Positions 31,846 through 41,040 are shown, counted from the stretch's first letter. The stretch: DNA of 64,000 nucleotides from an uncultured Gammaproteobacteria bacterium (GCA_964344485.1 CAYFNF010000002.1:176273-240272); one strand, 5' to 3'. Notes: generated by a model from the sequence alone, not told the origin. Numbers and translations: made by a program.

Positions 31846-32903
31846 TTTTTTACTAAGTCAACAAATTGATCAAACAGAAACTCGGTGTCCTGTGGTCCAG
31901 GCGTTGCTTCTGGATGGAACTGAGTGGAAAAAAACGGCTTGCTTCTATGACGAATACCTTCAACTGTATTATCATTTGCATTCTTGAACCATAATTTCCA
32001 CTCCCTTGGAATCGACTCCTCTTTTACTGCGTATCCATGATTCTGTGTGGTGAGATAGCATCGATCTGTTCCTACTTCAATGCATGGTTGATTTTGCGCT
32101 CGATGACCGTACTTCATCTTGTACGTCTTTGCTCCAGCAGCGAGGCCCATGATCTGTGTACCTAAACAAATCCCAAAAATGGGCTTGTGTTGTGTCAGCG
32201 CTTTACGTAAGTACTCAACAGACTCTTTCGCCATGGTAGGGTCACCAGGCCCATTAGTAAGAAATAATCCGTCCCATCTTTCATCAAGGTAGTTATAATC
32301 CCACGGCACTCGCTTCACCTGTACTCCGCGATTTACAAGACAACGGATAATATTCTCTTTTGCACCAGTGTCCACAACAAGCACGCGTTTCCTTCCTTTT
32401 CCGATTACACGAGGACGAGAGATGCTAACTTCCGCAACTAGGTTTCGCTTATTTGGATCTTCAATTTTTACGTGAGGCACTGGCTCATCATCACCTACGA
32501 CAATCTGACCAAGCATGACTCCGTGCTTTCGTAATCGTTTAGTGACAGCTCGTGTATCTATACCAGTAATCGCCGGAATATCATGTTCTTTTAACCACTC
32601 GTCTAGGGATCGAGTAGCAGATGCATGAGAGTAATCGTAGGAGTAATCTTGGACGATCAATCCTTTAATTTGAATCTCTTTTGATTCAAACGGCCCCTTA
32701 CTTACACCGTAATTGCCTACCAGTGGGTAGGTCATAGTCAAAATTTGTCCACGAAATGAAGGGTCAGTAAAGGCTTCAGGGTACCCCACCATGCCAGTGG
32801 CAAAGACTGCTTCACCGGTCGTGCTCCTGGCTGCACCAAACGAATACCCATGATACGTAGTACCGTCAGTGAGTATTAATGCTGCTGGAGTGCGTTTTTT
32901 CAT
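31842..32903 (-). CDS. carA: Carbamoyl-phosphate synthase small (glutaminase) subunit
   Basis: Class I glutamine amidotransferase catalytic Cys block (GICLGTQ) and the CPSase small-subunit N-domain. There is a 4-nt overlap with carB. Confidence 0.9.
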   Translation of the reverse strand: MKKRTPAALILTDGTTYHGYSFGAARSTTGEAVFATGMVGYPEAFTDPSFRGQILTMTYPLVGNYGVSKGPFESKEIQIKGLIVQDYSYDYSHASATRSLDEWLKEHDIPAITGIDTRAVTKRLRKHGVMLGQIVVGDDEPVPHVKIEDPNKRNLVAEVSISRPRVIGKGRKRVLVVDTGAKENIIRCLVNRGVQVKRVPWDYNYLDERWDGLFLTNGPGDPTMAKESVEYLRKALTQHKPIFGICLGTQIMGLAAGAKTYKMKYGHRAQNQPCIEVGTDRCYLTTQNHGYAVKEESIPREWKLWFKNANDNTVEGIRHRSKPFFSTQFHPEATPGPQDTEFLFDQFVDLVKK

Positions 32904-32918
32904 GTGAGTATAAAAGAA

Positions 32919-32939
32919 AAGCCCCTCATGGCTAGAGGG
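32919..32939 (-). promoter_or_regulatory. Leader hairpin plus U-tract immediately upstream of the carA ATG (candidate attenuator)
   Basis: The minus strand reads CCCTC-tagccat-GAGGG followed by GCTTTTCTTTTATACTCAC-ATG. The loop, CCAUGAGGGGCU, loosely resembles a PyrR-binding loop. Confidence 0.3.
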
Positions 32940-33160
32940 ACGAATAAACGATGTGATTATATTGTATCAATGCTGGAGCTTTATAGAATTGTTGTTGTGT
33001 CATATTCATGCCACGAAACAGTATATCATAAAAAAATATTTTTGCAATGCTCGAGTGCACCTGTGGAAAACCGCACCCATGCATCCTTCATCTGCGTATT
33101 TTTTCAAGGGCGCTTGACAGAAGGGCAATATATCTGCAAGGTGCAGGTGAGGGGGTAGCA

Positions 33161-33379
33161 ATGTCGACAGAATCAAAGCCGACTACGTTCTTCTGCCCGG
33201 AATGCTCTGAGGAGCTGGCGCCCACCCGCGCGGTGGCGGCGAACCGGGCCGGAGTTTTTCTCGTCTATCGATGCACTACTTGCGATGAACGCCGATACGT
33301 TCAGGTACGCTGCATCGAAGCTGGCGGTCTCGCGCCTGTCAGGCGCTTCCGAGTGATGAGGCCGTCAGAAGTCAGATGA
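33161..33379 (+). CDS. Small zinc-ribbon protein (CxxC-17 aa-CxxC) in a GC-rich mini-cassette
   Basis: The ATG at 33161 is preceded by the strong RBS GGTGAGGGGG with a 5-nt spacer. The 72-aa product contains CPEC…CTTC. Local GC is about 58% versus about 42% in flanking DNA. The track ORF 33047..33379 is in the same frame and starts from an upstream Met. Confidence 0.5.
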   Translation: MSTESKPTTFFCPECSEELAPTRAVAANRAGVFLVYRCTTCDERRYVQVRCIEAGGLAPVRRFRVMRPSEVR

Positions 33380-33418
33380 ACTCCCTTTTTTTTTGAGAAA
33401 AGAGAAAAATCTTGTATA

Positions 33419-34642
33419 GTGGATCTAGAGCTCTCTATGAAAAAAGACGAATACTGCCCACATTGCTTACCAACAAAAAAGAAGCGACATACATCGTATC
33501 ATCTTGAATATTATATCGATCGTTGTGCAGCGCCTTTTTTAAAACTCACTCACATACTACGGCACCCATTCATCTTACGAGTCGCGGATCTGGTGTTTGA
33601 TGCGCTGTTTGACCTCTTCCGCTTCTTTAGAATTCTTTCATGTTCAAAAAACCCAAAACCAGAGATGCTCTATAATCGAAGTCTTCTGTTTTTCGACGAA
33701 GCAAAGAAACGAGGTATTGATATCTGCAATCTTCACTTCTTTGGCGCAAACACTAATGAATTTTTCTTTCGGCACAACGGAAAACGATATTACTATGAGG
33801 GTATCCCATTAAAAAATCATGACCATCCTATTATTGACATTGATAATAAATTCGATGTAAAACACCTGCTTCAAAAAAATGATATTCCAGTGCCTCGAGG
33901 ACGAGTATTTACATCGAAGAAGAACGCATTACGATACGGTGCTGAGTTGCACTTCCCACTTGTCGTGAAACCGAACGGTGGATCGTTGAGTTTTCATACT
34001 ACTGTCGATATACGAACATATGAGGAGTTGGAGCAAGCGTTCGATATTGGAAAGATCTTTCGACCAGATGTAATCGTGGAGGAGTTTATTACTGGCGACC
34101 TCTATCGTGCGACAGTCATCGGGCAAAAGCAAGTATTTGTCTGCAAAAAAGACAAAGCCAATGTAGTGGGCGATGGCGCTTCCACTATTGCACAGCTGAT
34201 CGAAGAAAAGAACGCTGATCCAAATCGAGGCGGAACTGACCAAAAAAATACCACATTGCATGTGATCGAAATTGATGAGCAAGTACAGCATCATTTGTTC
34301 GAACAACAGCTGACACTAGATTCCGTCTTACCGACTGGTAAAAAAGTGTACCTACACGACAAGTACATTCTGTCGCAAGGATGCGATATTATTGGATGCA
34401 CGGAAAAAACGCATCAGAAGAATAAAGACCTGTTCATACGCGTAGCAAGACTACTGCGAACCAACCTTGTCGGCATTGACATCATTATGCAAGATCCTGC
34501 TATTCCTTATACAGAGCAGAAATTTGGTATTATCGAAACCAATAGTCTTCCGTATATCGATATGCATCAAATCGTCTCGGACGGTGAGCCGGACAATGTT
34601 GCAGAAGCAGTATGGGACACCATGCTCGAACAACTTAAATAG
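33419..34642 (+). CDS. Stand-alone ATP-grasp ligase resembling the N-terminal and ATP-grasp domains of cyanophycin synthetase (CphA); it lacks the Mur-ligase half
   Basis: The blocks DIPVPRG…LVVKPNGGS…VIVEEFITGDLYR…NVVGDGASTIAQLIEEKNADPNRGG…IETNSLPYIDMH align with the CphA ATP-grasp segment (…HVTGDGTSTITELIDQENADPHRGDG…). Confidence 0.65.
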   Translation: MDLELSMKKDEYCPHCLPTKKKRHTSYHLEYYIDRCAAPFLKLTHILRHPFILRVADLVFDALFDLFRFFRILSCSKNPKPEMLYNRSLLFFDEAKKRGIDICNLHFFGANTNEFFFRHNGKRYYYEGIPLKNHDHPIIDIDNKFDVKHLLQKNDIPVPRGRVFTSKKNALRYGAELHFPLVVKPNGGSLSFHTTVDIRTYEELEQAFDIGKIFRPDVIVEEFITGDLYRATVIGQKQVFVCKKDKANVVGDGASTIAQLIEEKNADPNRGGTDQKNTTLHVIEIDEQVQHHLFEQQLTLDSVLPTGKKVYLHDKYILSQGCDIIGCTEKTHQKNKDLFIRVARLLRTNLVGIDIIMQDPAIPYTEQKFGIIETNSLPYIDMHQIVSDGEPDNVAEAVWDTMLEQLK

Positions 34643-34676
34643 AACGCAGGTAGCAACTATTCGCTTTTCAGCATAG

Positions 34677-36194
34677 CTAAACGTCGAGCTTTTCTTTTAG
34701 TAGTTGTGTCGCTGCTTCAGGGTTGATCTTTCCTTTTGTCTGCTTCATCACCTGTCCGACTAAGTACATTAACGCTTTATCTTTTCCATTCTGATAGTCT
34801 TGTACTACTTCAGAATTGTCAGCAATGATTGCATCTACGATTTTCTCTGTTTCTGCTTCATCAGAGATTTGTGTTAAGTCATGTTCCTCCATAATGATGC
34901 TTGGATCACCACCAGATTTAAACATGATACGGAGGATCTTCTGCGCTGCTGAGGAATTCACCTTTTTTTCATATACTAACGTGAGTAGTTCTGCAAAATT
35001 CTCTCGTGTAAACTGTATCTCAGAAAAATCTTTTCCTGATTCTTTTAACAAGCCGAATAACTCGGATGTAATCCACGACGTAGTCAGTCGGCCAATTTTC
35101 TTCCTATACTTTTTCCAAATCTCCTGGTCAGAACCTACGGTATCATCCAGCGAATTCAACCAGCCACGTAGCTCTGATATCACATCCTCGAAAAATTCAC
35201 CTACACGCGGGTCGGCGGTTAGTACCTTTGCATCGTTGTAACTCAGCTCATACTCTTCTGTAAAGCGATTTCTGCGCTCATATGGGAGTTCTGGCACTTG
35301 ATTACGCAATTGATCAAGTTCTTCTTGTGTGCGGATTATTGGCGGGATATCGGGCTCTGGAAAGTATCGATAGTCTGCCTCCCCTTCTTTTGTTCGCTGC
35401 GCAACCGTTATTCCTCGCTTATCATCCCATCCGCGCGTGGTCGTTTGTTCTGGTGCTTCATTCTTCTCCCATAACTCAGTCTGCCTCTCAATTTCATACT
35501 GCAGTGCTCGCTCGATGGAACGCGTAGAGTTCATATTCTTAATCTCTGTTTTTGGATACAACGCTGAATCGCCAAACTTTCTCAGCGAAATGTTTGCATC
35601 ACATCGAAGGTGCCCCTTTTCCATATCGGCCTGAGATGCACGTACATAGCGTGCGACTTGCTGTAACTCCTGAACAAAGACTCGTGCTTCTTGTGGTGAC
35701 CTGATATCAGGTTTGGTAACTAATTCTACCAGCGGTGTGCCCGCACGATTAAAATCTACAAGCGACTCTCCATCAGGACTGTGCTTTAACTTAGCTGCGT
35801 CTTCCTCTAAATGCACCCGCTCAATACGCACCCGTTTTGAATGCATGTCGTCTGGTAGGATATCGATATATCCATGTACCGCGAGTGGCTCATCATACTG
35901 AGAGATCTGATACCCTTTTGGTAGATCTGGATAGAAGTAGTTCTTGCGATCAAACTTTGTGAACAACGGGATCTCACAGTTCAACGCCAGAGCAAAAATC
36001 GTCCCTAGGCGAATCGCTTCTTGGTTCACTTGCGGCAAAGTGCCAGGGTGTCCGAGACAGATTGGACATGTAAATACATTTGGTTCATCACTATCTTGAT
36101 TCTCTGTACCGCAAAACATCTTAGACTTGGTATCTAGTCGAATATGAATCTCTAGTCCAATAACTACTTCATATTGTTCTTCGCGCTTTTCCAT
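34677..36194 (-). CDS. gatB: Asp-tRNA(Asn)/Glu-tRNA(Gln) amidotransferase subunit B
   Basis: GatB signature blocks (TKPDIRSPQEA, YFPEPDIPP) and a C-terminal GatB/YqeY domain. Confidence 0.95.
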   Translation of the reverse strand: MEKREEQYEVVIGLEIHIRLDTKSKMFCGTENQDSDEPNVFTCPICLGHPGTLPQVNQEAIRLGTIFALALNCEIPLFTKFDRKNYFYPDLPKGYQISQYDEPLAVHGYIDILPDDMHSKRVRIERVHLEEDAAKLKHSPDGESLVDFNRAGTPLVELVTKPDIRSPQEARVFVQELQQVARYVRASQADMEKGHLRCDANISLRKFGDSALYPKTEIKNMNSTRSIERALQYEIERQTELWEKNEAPEQTTTRGWDDKRGITVAQRTKEGEADYRYFPEPDIPPIIRTQEELDQLRNQVPELPYERRNRFTEEYELSYNDAKVLTADPRVGEFFEDVISELRGWLNSLDDTVGSDQEIWKKYRKKIGRLTTSWITSELFGLLKESGKDFSEIQFTRENFAELLTLVYEKKVNSSAAQKILRIMFKSGGDPSIIMEEHDLTQISDEAETEKIVDAIIADNSEVVQDYQNGKDKALMYLVGQVMKQTKGKINPEAATQLLKEKLDV

Positions 36195-36199
36195 ATGTG

Positions 36200-36622
36200 T
36201 TATAATCCTGTACTACCAAATCCCCCTTCGCCTCGAGCCGTGTCGTCAAGCTCTTCCACCTCTGAAACAGTTGCTGATTGTATGGGTTGAATCAACATCT
36301 GCGCAATCTTTTGATGCTTCTCCACTTGCACTGGTTCTTGACTGAGATTAATGAGTACTATTTTCACTTCACCCCGATAACCAGAATCAACCACACCAGC
36401 CATAGTAGTAATCCCCTCCTTAATTGCTCTGCCGCTCTTGTCCCATACTAATCCAACGTATCCGTCTGGTATTTGCATTGCAATACCTGTCGCTACTGCG
36501 TGTCGCTCTCCTGGTTTCAATGTAATCTCCTCTACAGAGAAAATGTCCATTCCTGCGTCCCCAGGGTGTGCATACTCAGGAATCTTTGCTTGATCATTGA
36601 TTTTCTTGATATTGATGTTCAT
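36200..36622 (-). CDS. dut: dUTP diphosphatase
   Basis: dUTPase motifs (GLVWDKSGRA, RGEGGFGSTG). Confidence 0.9.
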   Translation of the reverse strand: MNINIKKINDQAKIPEYAHPGDAGMDIFSVEEITLKPGERHAVATGIAMQIPDGYVGLVWDKSGRAIKEGITTMAGVVDSGYRGEVKIVLINLSQEPVQVEKHQKIAQMLIQPIQSATVSEVEELDDTARGEGGFGSTGL

Positions 36623-37245
36623 GATAATAGACGTTTAGATACTTCGTTATAAATAGTATTTGCATTTTCCTGCTTCGGTCCTTCTGAAGATACCTGTACC
36701 CAGGTGTCTTGTGATGTTGCGTATTCCTGAAAAAACGCACGTACTTTCCTATGAAATGCAAGCTCTTCTCTGTCCATCCGATTGAGCTCTTCCTCTTTCT
36801 TTCTTGCAATACCAACTTCAGGATCGATGTCTAAGTAGACCACAACATCAGGCTCCAGGCCATTGCGTGCATATTCATCCATAGTGAAAATAATATCCGC
36901 ATTCTCTAACTCTCGTCCACCAATTTGATACGCATATGTGGACCCAGAAAACCGATCACAAATCACTGTTTTCCCTTCTTCTAATGCTGGTATAATTACT
37001 TGCTCGATATGTTGCGACCGGTCGGCAAGAAAAAGAAATAATTCGGTCCGCGGATGCACTGCCTCATGATTCTCATGAAGAATCACATTACGAATCAGCT
37101 CTCCAACGCGTGTACCGCCTGGCTCATGCGTGATAATCACTTCCTGCCCTTCGTCCTGCAAGCGTTCAGCTAATAGATCAGAATGCTTAGTCTTTCCGCT
37201 GCCTTCACCGCCTTCAAATACAATAAAATGTCCCTTGTTACTCAT
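36619..37245 (-). CDS. tmk: Thymidylate kinase
   Basis: P-loop FEGGEGSGKT and a dTMP-kinase DRF-like block (CDRFSGS). Confidence 0.9.
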   Translation of the reverse strand: MSNKGHFIVFEGGEGSGKTKHSDLLAERLQDEGQEVIITHEPGGTRVGELIRNVILHENHEAVHPRTELFLFLADRSQHIEQVIIPALEEGKTVICDRFSGSTYAYQIGGRELENADIIFTMDEYARNGLEPDVVVYLDIDPEVGIARKKEEELNRMDREELAFHRKVRAFFQEYATSQDTWVQVSSEGPKQENANTIYNEVSKRLLS

Positions 37246-38686
37246 GCTTCTTAATGTCCTTTAATGGTAGTGGCCGATCTTGAGTATACTCTATTCCAAG
37301 TGTTAACGCAATCTCTGCTTTTTGTAGTTCAGCACCTAAATCACATGCATGAGAGAAGACAGAGACGCCCTGATCTCTAACAATGGTATTCATGAGCTCT
37401 ACTGCTGTTGTTCCAGTATAACGATCGAGCTTTTTTCCGCTCGGACTTAAATGCAACACCTCAATCTCGTGTTCCGGGATAATGCGAATCACGTAATTAC
37501 CGCGCGGATCTTGTTCGCACGGAAGTGATGGATAGAATCGAGAAATAATTTCTTGTGCTCGTTGATAGCTCTCTTCATAGATATGTGCTGATCCTGAAAT
37601 TGTAATTAAGTGCCCCATCTCCTTATCCAACGCATCTGCTATCTCTTTTTGCATAGTACGCAGAGCTAATGCATTTTCTGGCCACGCACGGAACATATCA
37701 TTTGACCGAAAGTACGCTGTAAGGAAAAGTAAATCATCCTTGATACATGCATGAACTAAGTTCAAACACGGTGGATGAGATGAGTCATTGTCGAGTTGTA
37801 CATTCCATAACATACCAATACCGCGGCGGGAGAATGGTTCTTTTTGTAATTTCGCAATAATCTTCTGAACTTGATTGATGCCATCTGCATTTCGTAGTCG
37901 CTTTCCATAGGTGTAACTTAAAGAGGGCTCTTCTTTTGCGGTCATTATTTGCGATTTGTATTTTTCGAAGTGTTCTTTTGTAAATGGAAAATACTCAGCG
38001 AAATCGATGTTCGTTGGGCACTCTTGAGTGATAATTGCTGCAATGTTGAGCAACTCACGCTGAGTTCCGCTCGTATGATGTGATTGCTTCTCTTCTCCGA
38101 ATCTCATAATAGTATGCAACAACTTCGGCCACACCTCAGCAACTGTTTTTCCACGATAGGTAAATAACGTTCCTTCAGATGGGTATCGATTGGTTTCAAT
38201 ATCTATCTCAGGATAAATCTGAGCCTCAGCCCATGGATGGGTGTCTTGAGTGCATTTATCAATAGCCTTCTGAACGTTCTTTGCGTCTAGTTCTTCTCGC
38301 ATATCAATAATCTCAATCTGCTGTCGCATATGGTCTAAATCTTTCTTTGGAATCTCCTTATCAATAACCACCTCTTCCTTGCCTATGACTTCTCGTCGCT
38401 CGTTGATTCCGTTTGCAAAGAACTGCACGAGTGCTTCTGCGGATTGGATCTTGTCCTGGCCACAGATAATAATTGTCCGGATAGTCGGATTTGCTAGAGT
38501 ATTGCGAATCAACGGGTTTATTCCTGTATTAGAATAGAGCTGCCCGATCACTTTAAATGACTGTTCGTCAAGTTTTGAAGCAAACACTTCGCGCGGAGTC
38601 CATAATGTCGCAATTCCAATACTCGACTGCTCGCTTCCAAGCACTAGATTCTCCTTATAGTAGATTGGCCATCCCGCAGTGTCCAT
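37238..38686 (-). CDS. Thymidylate-synthase-fold enzyme (ThyA/dCMP-hydroxymethylase family) with a ~170-aa N-terminal and ~80-aa C-terminal extension
   Basis: The core aligns with ThyA: HTSGTQRE (DRTGTGT), SRRGIGMLWN (SRRIIVSAWN), PPCL…FRSNDMFRAWPEN (PCH…YQRSCD…LGLPFN) and GSAHIY (GDTHLY). At 482 aa it is about twice the length of ThyA. Confidence 0.65.
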   Translation of the reverse strand: MDTAGWPIYYKENLVLGSEQSSIGIATLWTPREVFASKLDEQSFKVIGQLYSNTGINPLIRNTLANPTIRTIIICGQDKIQSAEALVQFFANGINERREVIGKEEVVIDKEIPKKDLDHMRQQIEIIDMREELDAKNVQKAIDKCTQDTHPWAEAQIYPEIDIETNRYPSEGTLFTYRGKTVAEVWPKLLHTIMRFGEEKQSHHTSGTQRELLNIAAIITQECPTNIDFAEYFPFTKEHFEKYKSQIMTAKEEPSLSYTYGKRLRNADGINQVQKIIAKLQKEPFSRRGIGMLWNVQLDNDSSHPPCLNLVHACIKDDLLFLTAYFRSNDMFRAWPENALALRTMQKEIADALDKEMGHLITISGSAHIYEESYQRAQEIISRFYPSLPCEQDPRGNYVIRIIPEHEIEVLHLSPSGKKLDRYTGTTAVELMNTIVRDQGVSVFSHACDLGAELQKAEIALTLGIEYTQDRPLPLKDIKKHE

Positions 38687-38742
38687 TACTCAGATCATAC
38701 TAAAAAACCACTGCAAATTCAATGGTTATGTACTCGATGACG

Positions 38743-39300
38743 TTACAATGTGTTTAATACCTCCTGGATGCGTTTATACAATGCATCAAAAGAACTATCA
38801 TTCTGAATCGTAGCGTCAGCGTGCTTATGTAACTCTGAGATACGTTTCTCAGTGACTGCATTCTCCTCTTTGGAAAAATCTTCGAACGATTGTGTGTTCT
38901 CTCCAACTTTTTCAGTTCGCTGTTGGCTCCGCTTATAGCGCTCTTCAAGCGGTGCGTCAATATAGATCAGATGAAAGTCCGGCAACTGCTTAAAACAATC
39001 AATCTCGTCCATGAAACGTATGCCGTCAATAATGCTGATCTCATGGTCTAGCATTTTGATGTCTTTCGACAGTACTTGTGCGAGTATGTCAGTTCCAAAT
39101 GCTTCACGCAGATTTGTTGCTAGCGCTATTAGATTTTTTCTCGAACATTCAATGTGAAGACGATTCGCGATATCAACTAATACCCCGGACATGGAAAACG
39201 CCTTTGCATTACAATGCTGTTGTAGAAATTCAGATGTGGTTCCCTTTCCCGATAGCTTTGGGCCAGTCAATCCAATCACCATACAATTATTTCTCTCCAT
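38743..39300 (-). CDS. P-loop nucleotide/nucleoside kinase-like protein
   Basis: Walker A motif GLTGPKLSGKGT. Small (185 aa), placed between the ThyA-like gene and dCMP deaminase. Confidence 0.5.
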   Translation of the reverse strand: MERNNCMVIGLTGPKLSGKGTTSEFLQQHCNAKAFSMSGVLVDIANRLHIECSRKNLIALATNLREAFGTDILAQVLSKDIKMLDHEISIIDGIRFMDEIDCFKQLPDFHLIYIDAPLEERYKRSQQRTEKVGENTQSFEDFSKEENAVTEKRISELHKHADATIQNDSSFDALYKRIQEVLNTL

Positions 39301-39817
39301 TACTCAATTGAATCTCCGGGCCGTCTCGCTCTTCAATGTCGCTTGAAAAAATATCAATCACATGATTGTACCAGTTCTCAGTTGGTGCATAGATATCAAA
39401 CTCTACTCCTGCTTTCTCTAAGTACTCCTGTACTTCTGTATTACGATAGATCTTTCCGACCACTACTCTCTGTACCCCTGCTGCAGCGATATACTTTGCA
39501 CAGTGAATGCACGGACTATAGAGTGTGTACAGTGTAGTCTCTTTTGTAGACGTACCTCCGATGACCGCTGCTTGAAGCAGTGCATTATGCTCAGCATGAA
39601 TCGTTCGTACGCAATGCCCATCTTCTAGCAAATGACCTTCGTTATCACAATGCTCCAGTTTGGGGGGTGCACCGTTGTACCCAGTAGAAACAATCCGCTT
39701 ATCTTTTACTAATACCGCCCCAGCGTGAAGACGGTCACACGTGGCGCGTGTAGAAACGATACGAGCGATCGCCATGAAGTAGTCGTCCCAGGAAGGTCTT
39801 GTTGTGTCTGCACTCAT
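39287..39817 (-). CDS. Deoxycytidylate (dCMP) deaminase
   Basis: Cytidine/dCMP deaminase zinc motifs HAEHNAL and PCIHCAKYI. Confidence 0.85.
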   Translation of the reverse strand: MSADTTRPSWDDYFMAIARIVSTRATCDRLHAGAVLVKDKRIVSTGYNGAPPKLEHCDNEGHLLEDGHCVRTIHAEHNALLQAAVIGGTSTKETTLYTLYSPCIHCAKYIAAAGVQRVVVGKIYRNTEVQEYLEKAGVEFDIYAPTENWYNHVIDIFSSDIEERDGPEIQLSNGEK

Positions 39818-39843
39818 AATTCTTCTTATATCATTATCAGTAT

Positions 39844-39872
39844 AATAAAAAATACGGGGTTGTAAACCCCGT
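39844..39872 (-). terminator. Rho-independent terminator after rplA
   Basis: The minus strand reads ACGGGG-tttacaa-CCCCGT followed by ATTTTTTATT. Confidence 0.7.
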
Positions 39873-39876
39873 AATC

Positions 39877-40560
39877 CTATGCATCAATCTGAACTTGTAT
39901 TCCTGGCCCCATGCTAGAACAGATAGTGACGGTTTGAAGAAACACGCCTTTTGATTCAGCTGGTTTGGCTTTTTTTACTGAGTCTAAACACGTTGTAATA
40001 TTCTCTTTCAATTGTTCTGGCTCAAACGAAACTCTTCCAACGAGTATATGTACATTTCCGCTGTCATCGCTCCGATACGCAGTTTTTCCTGTTTTTAACT
40101 CACTCACCATAGTTTTTACATCCTCTCCAACTGTATCTGTCTTTGGCGACGGCATTAACCCTTGCTGACCAAGAATCTTTGCAATTGGTCCAAGCTGCTT
40201 CATCATGTTCGGAGTAGCGACCGCAACATCGAATGCGCACTTTTTTGTAGATTTAATTTGGTCAATATACTCTTGATTTCCGATAATGTCTGCACCAGCT
40301 TCCTTTGCCTCTGCTTCTTTTTCAGGCGGAACAAATGCAGCAACGGTCTTGGTCTTTCCAGATCCGTGAGGAAGAATGACTGTCCCGCGAACAATTTGAT
40401 CGGATTTCTCTATATCAATGCCGAGGTGTAAATGAATTTCAACACCGGCATCAAATTTTACTGGAGACTGCTTCACCATAGTGATTGCTTCATCCAGCGT
40501 GTACGTGTTGCTGCTATCGAACTTGTCAGCAGCATCTGTGTAGCGTTTAGAACGTTTCAT
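39877..40560 (-). CDS. rplA: Ribosomal protein L1
   Basis: L1 family blocks, and its position downstream of rplK. Confidence 0.95.
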   Translation of the reverse strand: MKRSKRYTDAADKFDSSNTYTLDEAITMVKQSPVKFDAGVEIHLHLGIDIEKSDQIVRGTVILPHGSGKTKTVAAFVPPEKEAEAKEAGADIIGNQEYIDQIKSTKKCAFDVAVATPNMMKQLGPIAKILGQQGLMPSPKTDTVGEDVKTMVSELKTGKTAYRSDDSGNVHILVGRVSFEPEQLKENITTCLDSVKKAKPAESKGVFLQTVTICSSMGPGIQVQIDA

Positions 40561-40614
40561 AGTTGTTGGTGGTACAAACGAATGCGTATCTGCACTCTCC
40601 CACTAATATATTAA

Positions 40615-41037
40615 TTAGTCTTTTACTTCTAACCCCATTTGTCGAGCAGTCCCCTCGATGATCTTCATTGCAGCTTCAACATCATTTGCGTTTAAGTCCG
40701 GCATCTTGCGTTCTGCGATTTCTCGAACCTGATCGCGAGTTACTGTTCCACTTTTTTCTGTTAATGGTGATCCTGAGCCTTTCTTAATTCCAGCGGCTTT
40801 CTTAAGCAACTCTGCTGCTGGCGGTGTTTTTATAATGAAGTCGAAAGAACGATCATCATATACCGTGATAACTACAGGCAAGATATCTCCTCGTTGGTCT
40901 TGGGTCTTTTCATTAAATTGCGTACAAAAATCCTGAATGTTTAACCCATGCTGACCTAATGCAGGTCCAACTGGTGGTGCAGGGTTTGCTGCGCCTGCAG
41001 GGATTTGTAGTTTAATTTGTGCTTTTACTTCTGCCAT
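40615..41037 (-). CDS. rplK: Ribosomal protein L11
   Basis: The L11 N-terminus ([26 protein letters not shown]). Confidence 0.95.
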   Translation of the reverse strand: MAEVKAQIKLQIPAGAANPAPPVGPALGQHGLNIQDFCTQFNEKTQDQRGDILPVVITVYDDRSFDFIIKTPPAAELLKKAAGIKKGSGSPLTEKSGTVTRDQVREIAERKMPDLNANDVEAAMKIIEGTARQMGLEVKD

Positions 41038-41040
41038 ATA

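Noticed and set aside
32904-33158. 84-aa plus-strand ORF between carA and the zinc-ribbon gene, and the upstream extension of the track's 33047..33379 ORF
   Set aside because: AT-rich with no RBS, and it overlaps the carA leader. The zinc-ribbon ORF has its SD-supported ATG at 33161, so the upstream extension is unlikely to be translated.
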